A DNA stretch of 64,000 bases. Source: Promethearchaeota archaeon. Lineage in GTDB: Archaea > Asgardarchaeota > Lokiarchaeia > Sigyniarchaeales > SOKP01. The notes beneath the pieces are model-generated. The model was not told the origin of the DNA. It worked only from the letters and a program-made list of their open reading frames with translations, and did not search any database. The stretch lies in NCBI GenBank assembly GCA_019058445.1, contig JAHPZA010000006.1:1-64000 (forward strand). Direction: 5' to 3'. Within the stretch, counting starts at the first letter, position 1, and each line of letters opens with the position of its first letter. A program made the translations under genes and the position numbers. Shown here piece after piece: positions 11,427 through 21,734 of this stretch.

Positions 11427-12071
11427 TTATTTTTTAATGAATCTATAGAGATTCACATCAATTTTTTTCTTTTTGTATTGATGAAATTCAAATGTTTTTT
11501 CAAGTACCATCTTAAATGGGAGTACATAATCAATTTTCCAATTATATTTTCTAATAAAGCTTGAAATGAAATTATGGACTTCATTATGGGCCAAATGTAT
11601 GGAATAAATTACATCAGAAAACGTAAAAGCACGTTTTAAAAAAATTCTATCTGCGGTTCTTTTTTGTACTCCGAACGGCGGATTCATTATTGATGTAATT
11701 TTTAAATTTTTAGGTAAATGTAATTTAGAGATTTCAAAATTATTTACATCAGCACATATAGGAAAGATAAGATGTTCAAGCTGAAGGTTCAGGATATTTT
11801 TTTTTAAAATCAATAGTGCGCTTAAATCAATATCCACGCTTAGAATATAAATGGGATGGAAGAAACTACTTGCTATAGACAATCTCCCAGTACCTGTTCC
11901 TAAATCTATTATAATTCTATGTTTTATATCGTTAAATTCAAATCCCGCAAAAAAGATTATATCTACTGCACAAGATGCATTAATACAATATTGTTCTAAT
12001 TCAACATTAGGGGTGCTAAATGTATCTGTGTTTTGAATCCTAAAGATCATTTCCTTTTTGTTTATAATCAT
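11427..12071 (-). CDS. METTL5-like N6-adenine RNA methyltransferase
   Basis: LEQY, DLGTGTG, MNPPFG, IYSIH. Confidence 0.85.
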   Translation of the reverse strand: MIINKKEMIFRIQNTDTFSTPNVELEQYCINASCAVDIIFFAGFEFNDIKHRIIIDLGTGTGRLSIASSFFHPIYILSVDIDLSALLILKKNILNLQLEHLIFPICADVNNFEISKLHLPKNLKITSIMNPPFGVQKRTADRIFLKRAFTFSDVIYSIHLAHNEVHNFISSFIRKYNWKIDYVLPFKMVLEKTFEFHQYKKKKIDVNLYRFIKK

Positions 12072-12180
12072 CGCCTAAAATTATTTTCTCCGTTATAAAC
12101 CAGTATAAATAAATTTATTTACGTTATTTAATAATAATTACTTAAAAAAGAAAGAATACGAGAAAAATAAAACAAAAATT

Positions 12181-12786
12181 TTGATTTTAATGAAGAAAGA
12201 TACTGTTAAAAATAAAGACATTGTAATAACGGGTCAATATCTTGGTGTTGTGGAAGAATTCTTACCAGACGAACAATCAACATTCGTCAAAGAGGGTGAA
12301 ATTTTTGCGACAAAAACGGGTATGATTTCTATAGATAATAAACGAAAGGTCGAAATAGAAACTCATCAAGAAAAAGACCGAAAAACTGTTAAAATTGGAG
12401 ATATAATACTTGGTCCTATTATTTTTTTAAGAAAGTATTCCGTTGGATTAAATTTCTACACAATTAATGGAAAAATACATTTTAATTCGTCTTATTTAGG
12501 TAATGTTCATGTTTCCCAAATATCAAATAAATATGTAGAACAAGTTAAAGATGCTTTTCAATTAACTGATATTGTAAGAGCCAAAGTAATTGATCAAAAT
12601 GCAAATGAATTTACATTGAGCACTGTAGGAAAACATTTAGGAGTAATACATGCTGATTGTTCCATTTGTGGAACTGTTTTGGAAAAAGCTGGTTTTAATA
12701 AGTTAAAATGTAGTCTATGTGGAAATATTGAGAAAAGAAAATTAGCAGATGATTATAATTCTACAAAAGAAAATTTAAGATTCTAA
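12181..12786 (+). CDS. csl4: Exosome subunit Csl4
   Basis: EEFLP N-terminus, S1 domain (HVSQI..DIVRAKV), C-terminal Zn ribbon, EKRKLA. Confidence 0.9.
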   Translation: MILMKKDTVKNKDIVITGQYLGVVEEFLPDEQSTFVKEGEIFATKTGMISIDNKRKVEIETHQEKDRKTVKIGDIILGPIIFLRKYSVGLNFYTINGKIHFNSSYLGNVHVSQISNKYVEQVKDAFQLTDIVRAKVIDQNANEFTLSTVGKHLGVIHADCSICGTVLEKAGFNKLKCSLCGNIEKRKLADDYNSTKENLRF

Positions 12787-12830
12787 TTTAATCTTTATAA
12801 GCACTAACATTATTTAGAGGAGAGTATTTA

Positions 12831-13058
12831 TTGCCAAGATCAGCAAAAAAAGTCATTCATTTTTATAATAATAGTGGCAAATTAGAAAACGTAATTAAAT
12901 TTCTTGAGAGTATACAAAAAAAAATAGATTATCTAAATCTTAATGTATCAGTAGACGGGTGTAAATCTATAAAAATTACTTTATATGGCACAAGGGATCT
13001 TCAATACTTAGCATGTGATAGATTAAGAGAGTTAGCAGAAAGATTTTTGCAATATTAA
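12831..13058 (+). CDS. Small conserved protein between csl4 and rpoL (DUF2067-like)
   Basis: Position in csl4-rpoL cluster; TTG start. Confidence 0.45.
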   Translation: MPRSAKKVIHFYNNSGKLENVIKFLESIQKKIDYLNLNVSVDGCKSIKITLYGTRDLQYLACDRLRELAERFLQY

Positions 13059-13146
13059 TCGTTCCTCCAATAAATTAGAAACCAAAAAAGATTTATTTTA
13101 TTATATATTAAGGTTTAACAGAACTAATGATTTTGGAGTTTTTAGA

Positions 13147-13638
13147 ATGGCAAAAAAGAAAAAAGTAGAGCCAGAAGATGATGATGATTTAGAGGATCTT
13201 GAAGAAGAAGAATTTGAAAGCGCTTATCCAGAAATAGAAAAAAAAACAACTGAAGGAGGCACAGATCTTAAAGAGCCTCAACCTTTAGTTTCCGAAGATG
13301 AGGAAGAAATTGAAGAATTTGAATATGAACTTGAAGAAGAACCTGAAATTCCAGAATATAAGCATCTCAATCTTATTTTAAATAGGGGTCTTACAGATAA
13401 TGATTACGAGTTAAAAATTGAGGGGCAATCGCATGGTTTTTGTAATATTTTAGTGAAACACTTGTTAAATGTTAAAGGTGTGAATATGGCAGCATACAAA
13501 TATACACGTATAGAGCCTGCCCAAATTTTTATACGTCTTGAACCAGATCATAAAATTAAAGAAATAATTTATCAAGGAATTGAATCATTAAGAGAAGAAG
13601 TGATTGAAGTTCAAAATATTTTTAAAAAGTTAACATAA
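13147..13638 (+). CDS. rpoL: RNA polymerase subunit L (Rpo11) with acidic N-terminal extension
   Basis: IEGQSHGFCNIL...VNMAAY fits the Rpb11/RpoL motif; cluster context. Confidence 0.8.
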   Translation: MAKKKKVEPEDDDDLEDLEEEEFESAYPEIEKKTTEGGTDLKEPQPLVSEDEEEIEEFEYELEEEPEIPEYKHLNLILNRGLTDNDYELKIEGQSHGFCNILVKHLLNVKGVNMAAYKYTRIEPAQIFIRLEPDHKIKEIIYQGIESLREEVIEVQNIFKKLT

Positions 13639-13692
13639 AGCTATTTCTTTTTGATATAAACTTTAAAAGATTTTGCAATTCTAGTTAATATA

Positions 13693-14130
13693 ATGTCCTA
13701 TAAATTTTTAATAAAGGATCTTAATTCTCAAAAAGAGATAGGAACAGATAAAGGATTAGCAAAAATAGGAGATGGTATCGTAAATTTAACCTATTCTATT
13801 GCCAAATCAATTTTTTTAACTGAAAATAGTTCAACTATTTTAAGGACAGGAATAAAGGTTAATAAAACGATACTATCCAATGCCTTGAAAAACGCAAATA
13901 TGAAAAATTTTGCTAAAAATAGAGCAGATGCACATGATCTTGCTAATACAGTAGAAGCAATTATCGCATTTGTTTTCTTAAATGATAAAATGACATTAAA
14001 TGAAATTATTGATTTCCTTAAGGATAATCTCATAGGAAATATAGAAAATAGAACTCAAGAAATAAAGTATGCATCAATCGCGTTTACTAATTTATTAATT
14101 CATATTAAAAAGTTCTTACCAGAAGAATAA
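13693..14130 (+). CDS. Archaeal RNase III-like protein
   Basis: DKGLAKIGDGIVN and ANTVEAII motifs. Confidence 0.75.
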   Translation: MSYKFLIKDLNSQKEIGTDKGLAKIGDGIVNLTYSIAKSIFLTENSSTILRTGIKVNKTILSNALKNANMKNFAKNRADAHDLANTVEAIIAFVFLNDKMTLNEIIDFLKDNLIGNIENRTQEIKYASIAFTNLLIHIKKFLPEE

Positions 14131-14133
14131 AAC

Positions 14134-14697
14134 ATGAAAGAACATCCCATTACAATAGGATTTGATGACGCTACATTTTCGCTTAAATCAACCTCAAAGA
14201 AAACAACACAATTGATTGGAGTAGTCTGTCAAGGAGTTAGGATGGTAAATGTCGTAAGAAAAACCATTACTATTGATGGTGATGACGCGACAGATGCCTT
14301 AATAACTCTTATAGATTTAAATAAGAAACACGTACAATATGTTCTCACCGATACTATTACATTTGCTGGATTTAATATATATGATATCAATGAAGTGTAT
14401 GAAAATACAGGAAAACCTATTATAGCAATTACAGAGAGAGAGATTAATCTTGATTCAGTAAAGAAGGCGTTAGTAAAAAAATTCCCGAATACGTATAAAA
14501 AGAAGTTTCAAAAAATAATAAATGCCGGAAATTTATTCCAAACTGAAATAAACACTGCAGGAGGTTTCACTTCAATTTATTTTCATTATAAAGGAATAGA
14601 AATCAAAAAGATTGAGGCATTATTACCAAAAATTTGCATAGATTCTAAACTTCCCGAATGTGTACGCCTCGCTCACATAATAGGGACACTATTTTAA
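14134..14697 (+). CDS. DUF99 / endonuclease V-fold protein
   Basis: IGFDD, IDGDDAT, ITFAGFN, LPECVRLAH. Confidence 0.85.
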   Translation: MKEHPITIGFDDATFSLKSTSKKTTQLIGVVCQGVRMVNVVRKTITIDGDDATDALITLIDLNKKHVQYVLTDTITFAGFNIYDINEVYENTGKPIIAITEREINLDSVKKALVKKFPNTYKKKFQKIINAGNLFQTEINTAGGFTSIYFHYKGIEIKKIEALLPKICIDSKLPECVRLAHIIGTLF

Positions 14698-14720
14698 AGA
14701 GATTATAATATAATGAGCCC

Positions 14721-15197
14721 TTAATCAGAATTTATTTCATATTCTAAAATTTGTCTCATTCGGTCTCTTAATTCCTTTTTAATAGCACTCATTTCATATG
14801 TTTTAATACCACCTAATCTGTTTTGGACTGTATTAGCTTTTAATGCTCCAGGAAGATCTTGTTTATTTGCAATAGCAATAATTTTAGCCCCCATAAATCG
14901 TGAAAATCTCTCATAAATTTCCTTAGTTTTTTGTACGTTGGTTTCTGTGGAATCTGTGACTAATACTGCTAATCCAGTTCCTTTTAAAAAGTCTTGCCAC
15001 ATAAATCTGAATCGTTCTTGCCCTCCTAAATCCCATATGGAACATTTTTTTTCATTGAGAATAGAATCATCAACCTCTAAGCCAACAGTGGGATTACGTT
15101 CTTTGTCTATTCTTTTCCCTTGGAGTAGGCTTACTAGTGAAGTTTTACCAACTCCACCTTCTCCTAAGAAACAAATTTTACTCTTTGAAGTAAGCAC
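14721..15197 (-). CDS. Small Arf/Rab-like GTPase
   Basis: GEGGVGKT, PTVG, WDLGGQ, NKQD, SA motifs. Confidence 0.93.
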   Translation of the reverse strand: MLTSKSKICFLGEGGVGKTSLVSLLQGKRIDKERNPTVGLEVDDSILNEKKCSIWDLGGQERFRFMWQDFLKGTGLAVLVTDSTETNVQKTKEIYERFSRFMGAKIIAIANKQDLPGALKANTVQNRLGGIKTYEMSAIKKELRDRMRQILEYEINSD

Positions 15198-15514
15198 TTT
15201 AAATCGAGCCTTCTAACTTAAATATTTTTAATTAGAAAACGCGAATTATTGCTCAAAAAGTAAAATATTATTTGGATATTACAAAAATCTTAAGAAATCT
15301 TCTCATAAAATATTTAGAGATTTATAGTGATCATTGAAAATCATTACCTAATCATAATAAAGTGTTACAAAAATAATCTGTCAATAGCAAGGTATAAATA
15401 CCTTTGAGCATAAGTTTATCTATTAAAATTTAATAATAAAAATCAGCAATATTTAGTTAACACTAATTACCTTATTTTTAAATAAATACTTAATCAAACA
15501 CGGGTTGAAAAAAA

Positions 15515-16366
15515 TTGAAAAAATCACAAATATATAGTATGATTTTTTTAATAACGATATTAATTATACCTTTCATAAGTTTCGCGACAGCGGCTCCAAT
15601 TCCTGATTATGTTAACATAAATGAGGGAGATGAACTTATATGGGATGTATTTATCGATGATGGGGAATATGAAGATTATTTAACAGACTTGGGATATTCA
15701 GATGAGTTTGCTGAAAATTATACTAAATACATTTTTGATGATGAATTAGATGATGACATTGTCGGTTGGAAAATAAAAATATTAGAAGTGGAAGAAGAGG
15801 ATGAGGCTGATGATGAAAAATATGTCGAATATAAGTATAGACACTATATAAAGGAAGAAGATGAAGATTGGAAAGTGGAAGATCAAAAAGATGACAGAGA
15901 TATCTGGAAGTATGATAAGGATGTTTATACAGATTTGTTTTATGCATATACAGTCGCAGGGTCTTATGGTTGGTATTCAGGTTATGCAATTCCATTAATC
16001 GTAGCAGATAATGTGAAATGGGGAAAAGTTGCTGAAGAACTTGATGATGAGTTCGATGACGATTATGATCGTGATGATGAGTCAGCAGGTGCCGAAACAG
16101 CAACTTCTATGTACTTTTTTATGCAAAAAGAAAATGGAATCTCTAGTTTCGTAAATGACGATGAAGATCATCTTGAAGATTTCACACTAATTGTGCAATT
16201 CACTGACAATGGTATTTTATTGTATTATAATTATGCTTATGATGGTGATACAATTGTTGAATTTGAATTGCAATACCGTATGGTATATCAGTGGTGGTGG
16301 GCAGCTGCTTTAATTGCTGTTGCAGCTATAATAATTATCGTTATTATACTTATAAAAAGGAGATAA
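15515..16366 (+). CDS. Acidic exported protein with C-terminal membrane anchor
   Basis: N-terminal signal-like segment, D/E-rich body, C-terminal TM followed by KRR. Confidence 0.7.
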   Translation: MKKSQIYSMIFLITILIIPFISFATAAPIPDYVNINEGDELIWDVFIDDGEYEDYLTDLGYSDEFAENYTKYIFDDELDDDIVGWKIKILEVEEEDEADDEKYVEYKYRHYIKEEDEDWKVEDQKDDRDIWKYDKDVYTDLFYAYTVAGSYGWYSGYAIPLIVADNVKWGKVAEELDDEFDDDYDRDDESAGAETATSMYFFMQKENGISSFVNDDEDHLEDFTLIVQFTDNGILLYYNYAYDGDTIVEFELQYRMVYQWWWAAALIAVAAIIIIVIILIKRR

Positions 16367-16592
16367 GTCTACTCTACTATATGAATAAACATATCTCTCA
16401 AATCTTTTTTTTTATTTTAGCTACAAAATATATAGCAGAAAAGTCAAATTTTGATTATCTTATATGATGTAATTTGCTATTCAATGCTGTTTCTTTTATC
16501 AATAATTTAGATTAAAATCTAATTCATAAATTAAAATAGAAAATTCAAAAAAAATAAATGATAAATAAAAAGTATCAAAAAAAAGTATAGAT

Positions 16593-17891
16593 TTACGCGC
16601 CTGTGTTAATCTCTTTGACTATCCCTACGCAAACTGTTCTGCCCATGTCGCGTACGGCAAAACGGCCCATTTCTGGAATCTCAGTATATTTTTCAAGGCA
16701 CATCTTTTTTATTGGGCTGAGTTCTACAATTGCGGCTTCGTTTCTTTTCAGGAATTTAGGATTATCTTCAATTACAGCCCCAGTTTTTTGATCTAACTTT
16801 TTCGCTAAGACGTTAAATTTAGCAGCGACTTGTGCAGTATGTGCGTGAACGACTGGAGTATACCCTTGAGCAATCGCTGTTGGATGCCATATTACAATAA
16901 TTTGTCCAGTCCAGTTGCCAGCTGGAGTTATAACTGTTGGAGGATTATCAGGATGTCCTAAGCAATCGCCTCTACCTGCATCAGCTATTGTTATACCTCG
17001 AATGCTAAATCCAACATTATCACCCGGGATAGCTTGGGGGATTTCTTCGTGATGCATTTCAATACTTCGGATTTCACCTTTAAATCCAGTTGGCATAATA
17101 ATGATTTTGTCATTTTTTTTCAATATACCCGTTTCCACTCTCCCGACAGGAACAACTCCAGTGCCTTTAATTTTGTATGCATCTTGAATAGGTAATCTTA
17201 ACGGTTTATCAGTTGGTTTCTCAGGAACAGTGAACTTGTCAATGGCGTCAATTAAAGTTGGTCCTTTATACCAGGGCATTTTATCACTAGGTTTCGATAA
17301 ATTTTCCATAGCAAGTCCGCTTACGGGAACGAATGGTATCTTTTTTACGGGAAACCCGATATTTCTTAAGAGATCAGAAACACTTTCTTTAACCTCATTA
17401 TATCTGTCTTCACTGTAATCCCATACATCTGCTTTATTTACAGCAACAACAAGTTGTTTAACGCCGAGAGTTTGTGCGAGGTATGCATGTTCTCTTGTTT
17501 GTCCATTAGCCGCAATACCAACTTCCATTTCACCCTTCTTTCCAGACACTACTAAAATTGCAGCATCAGCTTGGGATGCTCCAGTAATCATGTTTTTTAC
17601 GAAGTCTTGATGCCCTGGAGCGTCAATGATTGTAAAATAAAGACTTGGAGTCTCAAATTTTCTGAAGGCAAGATCAATAGTAATTCCTCTTTGTCGTTCT
17701 TCCTTTAATCGGTCAAAAACATATGCGTAAGACCATGATTCTCTATCATATTCTTTTGCGAGTTTCTCTAATTCTCTAGATTCTCTCTCGGTGATGGCAC
17801 CAGTTTCTATGAGCAAGGCCCCCATCATAGTGCTCTTACCATGGTCGATGTGTCCAATAATAACTAAATTCAAATGATTTTTCTCAACCAT
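16593..17891 (-). CDS. tuf: Translation elongation factor EF-1 alpha
   Basis: GHIDHGKST, RGITI, DAPGH, NKAD, GRFAVRDM. Confidence 0.98.
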   Translation of the reverse strand: MVEKNHLNLVIIGHIDHGKSTMMGALLIETGAITERESRELEKLAKEYDRESWSYAYVFDRLKEERQRGITIDLAFRKFETPSLYFTIIDAPGHQDFVKNMITGASQADAAILVVSGKKGEMEVGIAANGQTREHAYLAQTLGVKQLVVAVNKADVWDYSEDRYNEVKESVSDLLRNIGFPVKKIPFVPVSGLAMENLSKPSDKMPWYKGPTLIDAIDKFTVPEKPTDKPLRLPIQDAYKIKGTGVVPVGRVETGILKKNDKIIIMPTGFKGEIRSIEMHHEEIPQAIPGDNVGFSIRGITIADAGRGDCLGHPDNPPTVITPAGNWTGQIIVIWHPTAIAQGYTPVVHAHTAQVAAKFNVLAKKLDQKTGAVIEDNPKFLKRNEAAIVELSPIKKMCLEKYTEIPEMGRFAVRDMGRTVCVGIVKEINTGA

Positions 17892-18061
17892 TTTTCAATC
17901 AACTTCTCTTTTATTTTAATTTTAAATTGATAATTTTGAATAGTATACCATTTTACTTAAATGATATAACTCTTAAGTGATGGTAAACTTATATTTTTTT
18001 CTGTTTTTTATAATTTTAAATAATAGATATTGAAATGAGACCTAAATTTTTTACAATAACA

Positions 18062-18556
18062 TTAAAAGATTTTTTCATTACTATTTTCTTTGGTCTCTAA
18101 ACTGAGGAGGTAACTCCCTTTTAAATCATCGTAGAGTTCTTGTTTGTACTCTCTCAATAGCTCAAATATCTCTTCAACTTCATGTTGAAAATTAATAATT
18201 TTGCCGGAGGAATCATAAAATTCAATTACTACTTTTTCTTCTAGATATTTCTGAAAAATTAACTCCATATTGTTGATATCAAAACGAGTTTCTCTAAAAT
18301 AATCTAATAAATGATGTAAATAATAAGCTTTAACATATAAGTTTTCTTTCTCGTATTGTTTTTCTACATCTTTTTGATAAAGGTATTTTAATTGGCTTAG
18401 AAGGGCGGATTCATTTAATTCATCATAATTAACCTCATTTTCATCGCACACACTATAATGTGCACCATAATCGATGAACGTATTTACGATATTTGATATA
18501 AGTTTATCTATCCCAAGTTTTTCTGCCCATTTAGTATGAATAAGCCAGTTAGGTAT
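18062..18556 (-). CDS. Hypothetical protein, probably extending to an ATA codon
   Basis: Frame open 35 codons above the called GTG (IPNWLIHTKWAEKLGI...); HHLLD motif. Confidence 0.55.
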   Translation of the reverse strand: MPNWLIHTKWAEKLGIDKLISNIVNTFIDYGAHYSVCDENEVNYDELNESALLSQLKYLYQKDVEKQYEKENLYVKAYYLHHLLDYFRETRFDINNMELIFQKYLEEKVVIEFYDSSGKIINFQHEVEEIFELLREYKQELYDDLKGSYLLSLETKENSNEKIF

Positions 18557-18715
18557 TTTTAGACACTTAAATTTAATAGTTTAGTAATATAATTGTTAAA
18601 AAATCAATTCTAAATAAAGTTTAACTTTACAGATATAATAAAAATAAAAAACCATAGTACTTTAATTAGAATTAAAGAAATTAAAAAAAAAATTATTTCT
18701 AAATGATAAAATAAA

Positions 18716-19531
18716 ATGGTGCGCTCGAGAACAAAATTTCCTAAAGAAGGGGAATTTGTAGTGGGGAAAATTGCTGATATTCAACAACAATATGTCTATG
18801 TGGATCTCATTGATTATAAAGGACTAGATACGGAAAAAACTGCTCGTGGTATGATCCATATTAGTGAAATCTCAAGTAGGTGGATAAAAAATATTCGCAA
18901 TTACGTGAGAATTGGTCAAAGAGTGGTATTGCGAGTCTTCCGAGTTGACCCCGTAAAGGGTCATGTGGATTTATCATTAAGAAAAGTAAACTCTGCTCAA
19001 AAAGAAAATCGAATTAAAGAATGGAAGTATGCTCTGAAGTATGAGAATTTATTACAGTTCCTGGTTGATGATACGGAATTAACTTTAGATGATGCATATG
19101 AATTAATAGGGTGGCCAGTATTAGATAGGTATGAAACTTATCAAGAAGCCGTCGAAGAACTCAAGGAAAATGGGAAAACGATTCTAGATGGTTTGAAAAA
19201 TCTTTCAGAGGATCATAAAGAGAAGTTTCTAAAAATTATTGATGAGAATGTGAATATTTCTACAGTGGGAATCACTGGTAAGATTAAATTGTCATATGAT
19301 TTAGAAAATGGGATAGATTTAATTAAAGAATCGTTAATTGATGCTAAGAATGTTATTGATTCTAAGGAATCTAGACATTTGAGTATCCACTATCTTGGAG
19401 CACCATTTTATCGGATTGAAGTTGTCACAAAGGATTATTTAGATGCAGAAAATATATTATCTGATGCTTTAGAAGTTATTGAAGCTAAGGTAGAGAAATA
19501 CAACGGCACTTTTGAGTTTATTCGAGATTAA
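18716..19531 (+). CDS. eif2a: Translation initiation factor 2 alpha
   Basis: FPKEGEFVVG, IHISEISSRWIKNIR, HVDLSLR, GAPFYR. Confidence 0.96.
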   Translation: MVRSRTKFPKEGEFVVGKIADIQQQYVYVDLIDYKGLDTEKTARGMIHISEISSRWIKNIRNYVRIGQRVVLRVFRVDPVKGHVDLSLRKVNSAQKENRIKEWKYALKYENLLQFLVDDTELTLDDAYELIGWPVLDRYETYQEAVEELKENGKTILDGLKNLSEDHKEKFLKIIDENVNISTVGITGKIKLSYDLENGIDLIKESLIDAKNVIDSKESRHLSIHYLGAPFYRIEVVTKDYLDAENILSDALEVIEAKVEKYNGTFEFIRD

Positions 19532-19554
19532 AAAACAACCATAATTGAGATCAA

Positions 19555-19740
19555 TTGACAAAACACTTATTAAAATGTAAAAATTGCAAGAGATATGGTT
19601 TAGAGAATCCAAAATCAATATGTCGATATTGCGGTGGACCCTTGATAAATCCAAAGCCACCAAAATTCTCATTAATAGATAAATATGGTAAATATCGGCT
19701 TCAATATTTCAAAGAAGAATTTGAAAAAAAGGATACATAG
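19555..19740 (+). CDS. nop10: H/ACA RNP protein Nop10
   Basis: CxxC..CxxCG, PPKFSLIDKYGKYR. Confidence 0.92.
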   Translation: MTKHLLKCKNCKRYGLENPKSICRYCGGPLINPKPPKFSLIDKYGKYRLQYFKEEFEKKDT

Positions 19741-19742
19741 AT

Positions 19743-20405
19743 TTAACTTTGAGACTGTTCTATTAGTTCTGCTATTTTCTCAGTTAAAAGGATTTTAGCA
19801 TTTTTATATGGGATATTAGCGATATCTTCTTTTTCAAAAGGTCCATAATTAATTAAATCAATTCCAACTAATGGTGGTGCCTTTTTCAAAAACTTAATTA
19901 GAGTATAATTAAAATCCTCAACCTTAGTTGTAAGATCTATATCCCTAGGCGATGATTCTTTTGCCTCAGTGTGTTCAGTTTGAACAGCATTTTTTTGTAT
20001 TACATTCACTGTATCACTAAACTTGCTGGATTCAGCTCTTTCAACCACTTCTATGACTTTAACTTTTTCAAAACCTTTAATAGCACTAACTAAATTTTGG
20101 TAAAACAATTTTTCTGCTTCTAAGAGGCAGTTAAGATCAATTTCTTGTAGAGATAGAGCAGCATTGATTAATTTAATTTCCCTAATCTTAGAAAAATCGT
20201 TTATTAAGAAATCAAAGTTATCCTTATATGAATTTACAATATTATGGTTTATATCATCTTTCTGATTTAACTTAAAGTTTTTAATATAATCAGCAACTTC
20301 TAGATAGGTATTGTAATTTTCTTTTGTTAATTGAGTTAGTCCAATTTGCCTAAATTCTTTAAGCCAGTGTTGATAAAGCTTCTCATATACGCTTTTGATG
20401 TCCAT
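19743..20405 (-). CDS. GINS subunit (Gins51/Gins15)
   Basis: W..E...LTQL, IREIKLI, C-terminal VGIDLINYGPF; follows priS. Confidence 0.85.
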   Translation of the reverse strand: MDIKSVYEKLYQHWLKEFRQIGLTQLTKENYNTYLEVADYIKNFKLNQKDDINHNIVNSYKDNFDFLINDFSKIREIKLINAALSLQEIDLNCLLEAEKLFYQNLVSAIKGFEKVKVIEVVERAESSKFSDTVNVIQKNAVQTEHTEAKESSPRDIDLTTKVEDFNYTLIKFLKKAPPLVGIDLINYGPFEKEDIANIPYKNAKILLTEKIAELIEQSQS

Positions 20406-20464
20406 TAATCTTTCTATTATCCTTCTTATTATATTATGATGTTTTGACTAAATTTATTATTATG

Positions 20465-21730
20465 CTATAAAGTTTTTGCTACTCCCTTACATAATAGAAA
20501 CACCGCAATATGATGTGGAACCTCTATCTTATCTCCTTTTTTAAAAGGTCCAAAAACATCTCCTGCAATTTTTGTTGAAGGTACGAATGGCTCAAGAATT
20601 TCAATTTTTTGAAGATTTTTACTTTTAAATACAATCGGGTCAAGTTTTTCATTGTTTTCATTTAATGGATTAAAAGAGTTAAGTTCATTTAATCCTAATT
20701 CTTGAACTTTAAATCCTGTAGCCCCGTGTAAGGAACCGGGATACCTTATAAGCCTATGAATATCAATTGTGACAGGTTCATCAATTTCGGCCCCAATTTC
20801 ATGAACTATCCCATAGAGGAAAGATTTCCATGTAGCAATTCCAAAATTTGGAATAATCCATAAATTTCGATTCTTAGATATAGTATCGATAAATTCATCT
20901 TTTGAATTTAAAAAACTAGTAATAATATGTCTCTTTAAGCCAAATTTTAATAATAATCGCTCTAATTGAATATCTGAATAAGAATTTAGTATATCTTCTA
21001 TTTTTGTCACAATTTTTTGGGACCAATCCATATTCCTCTTTGTAAGACCATAGATGTTAGTTCCTACCTCTCTTAATCCAAGTATTTCAAATGAAATGTT
21101 TTCTCCTGTAACATAATCCACAATTTCTCTTCTTGCTTCACTAGTGAGTTTTCTAATTTTTTCATTTTCAACTTTAAGATGGTATCCACGATGTCCTGAA
21201 AATGCTACCTTAATATCACTTTCCCTTATTCCAAAGTCAGGGATTAGAAACTCGTAGACTAATTTTATAATTTCTTGTTTAGCAGTTTTTAGACAATCAT
21301 CACATATCCAATTTAAAGTGTTAAATTTTGTTTTTTTACATTTTGGACATTTACTAGGCATTCCATTGCCACTTTCACCACATTCCTTACAATACCATCG
21401 ATCATGATTATCTTTGCAGGGAGTGTAAAAGTGATCTACATCGATATCTATTATTAAGTCGCACCCTATGTATTGCTTTTTATTCATATCGGAGTTATCT
21501 GGTTGTAAATAGAGGCTACCACTTGAGTATACATGTCTATGTCCCGTTTGTATAAGATCTTTAAGTAGATACTCAGAAGTTTTAAAAGATAAGTGGCGTA
21601 TCATGATATGCTTGTCCCAAGGAATGAATCCAAATTCTCGTTGCTCAAATGAATTAACAACAGGGATATTGGGTTTAATTTTTTTATAATATGCTTGAAA
21701 TAATCGCTTTAAATAAGTATAATCCGTCAT
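20465..21730 (-). CDS. priS: DNA primase small subunit with Cys-rich insertion
   Basis: QREFGF, DIDVD, FSGHRGYH, IDEPVTIDIHRLIRYPGSLH. Confidence 0.96.
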   Translation of the reverse strand: MTDYTYLKRLFQAYYKKIKPNIPVVNSFEQREFGFIPWDKHIMIRHLSFKTSEYLLKDLIQTGHRHVYSSGSLYLQPDNSDMNKKQYIGCDLIIDIDVDHFYTPCKDNHDRWYCKECGESGNGMPSKCPKCKKTKFNTLNWICDDCLKTAKQEIIKLVYEFLIPDFGIRESDIKVAFSGHRGYHLKVENEKIRKLTSEARREIVDYVTGENISFEILGLREVGTNIYGLTKRNMDWSQKIVTKIEDILNSYSDIQLERLLLKFGLKRHIITSFLNSKDEFIDTISKNRNLWIIPNFGIATWKSFLYGIVHEIGAEIDEPVTIDIHRLIRYPGSLHGATGFKVQELGLNELNSFNPLNENNEKLDPIVFKSKNLQKIEILEPFVPSTKIAGDVFGPFKKGDKIEVPHHIAVFLLCKGVAKTL

Positions 21731-21734
21731 ATTT

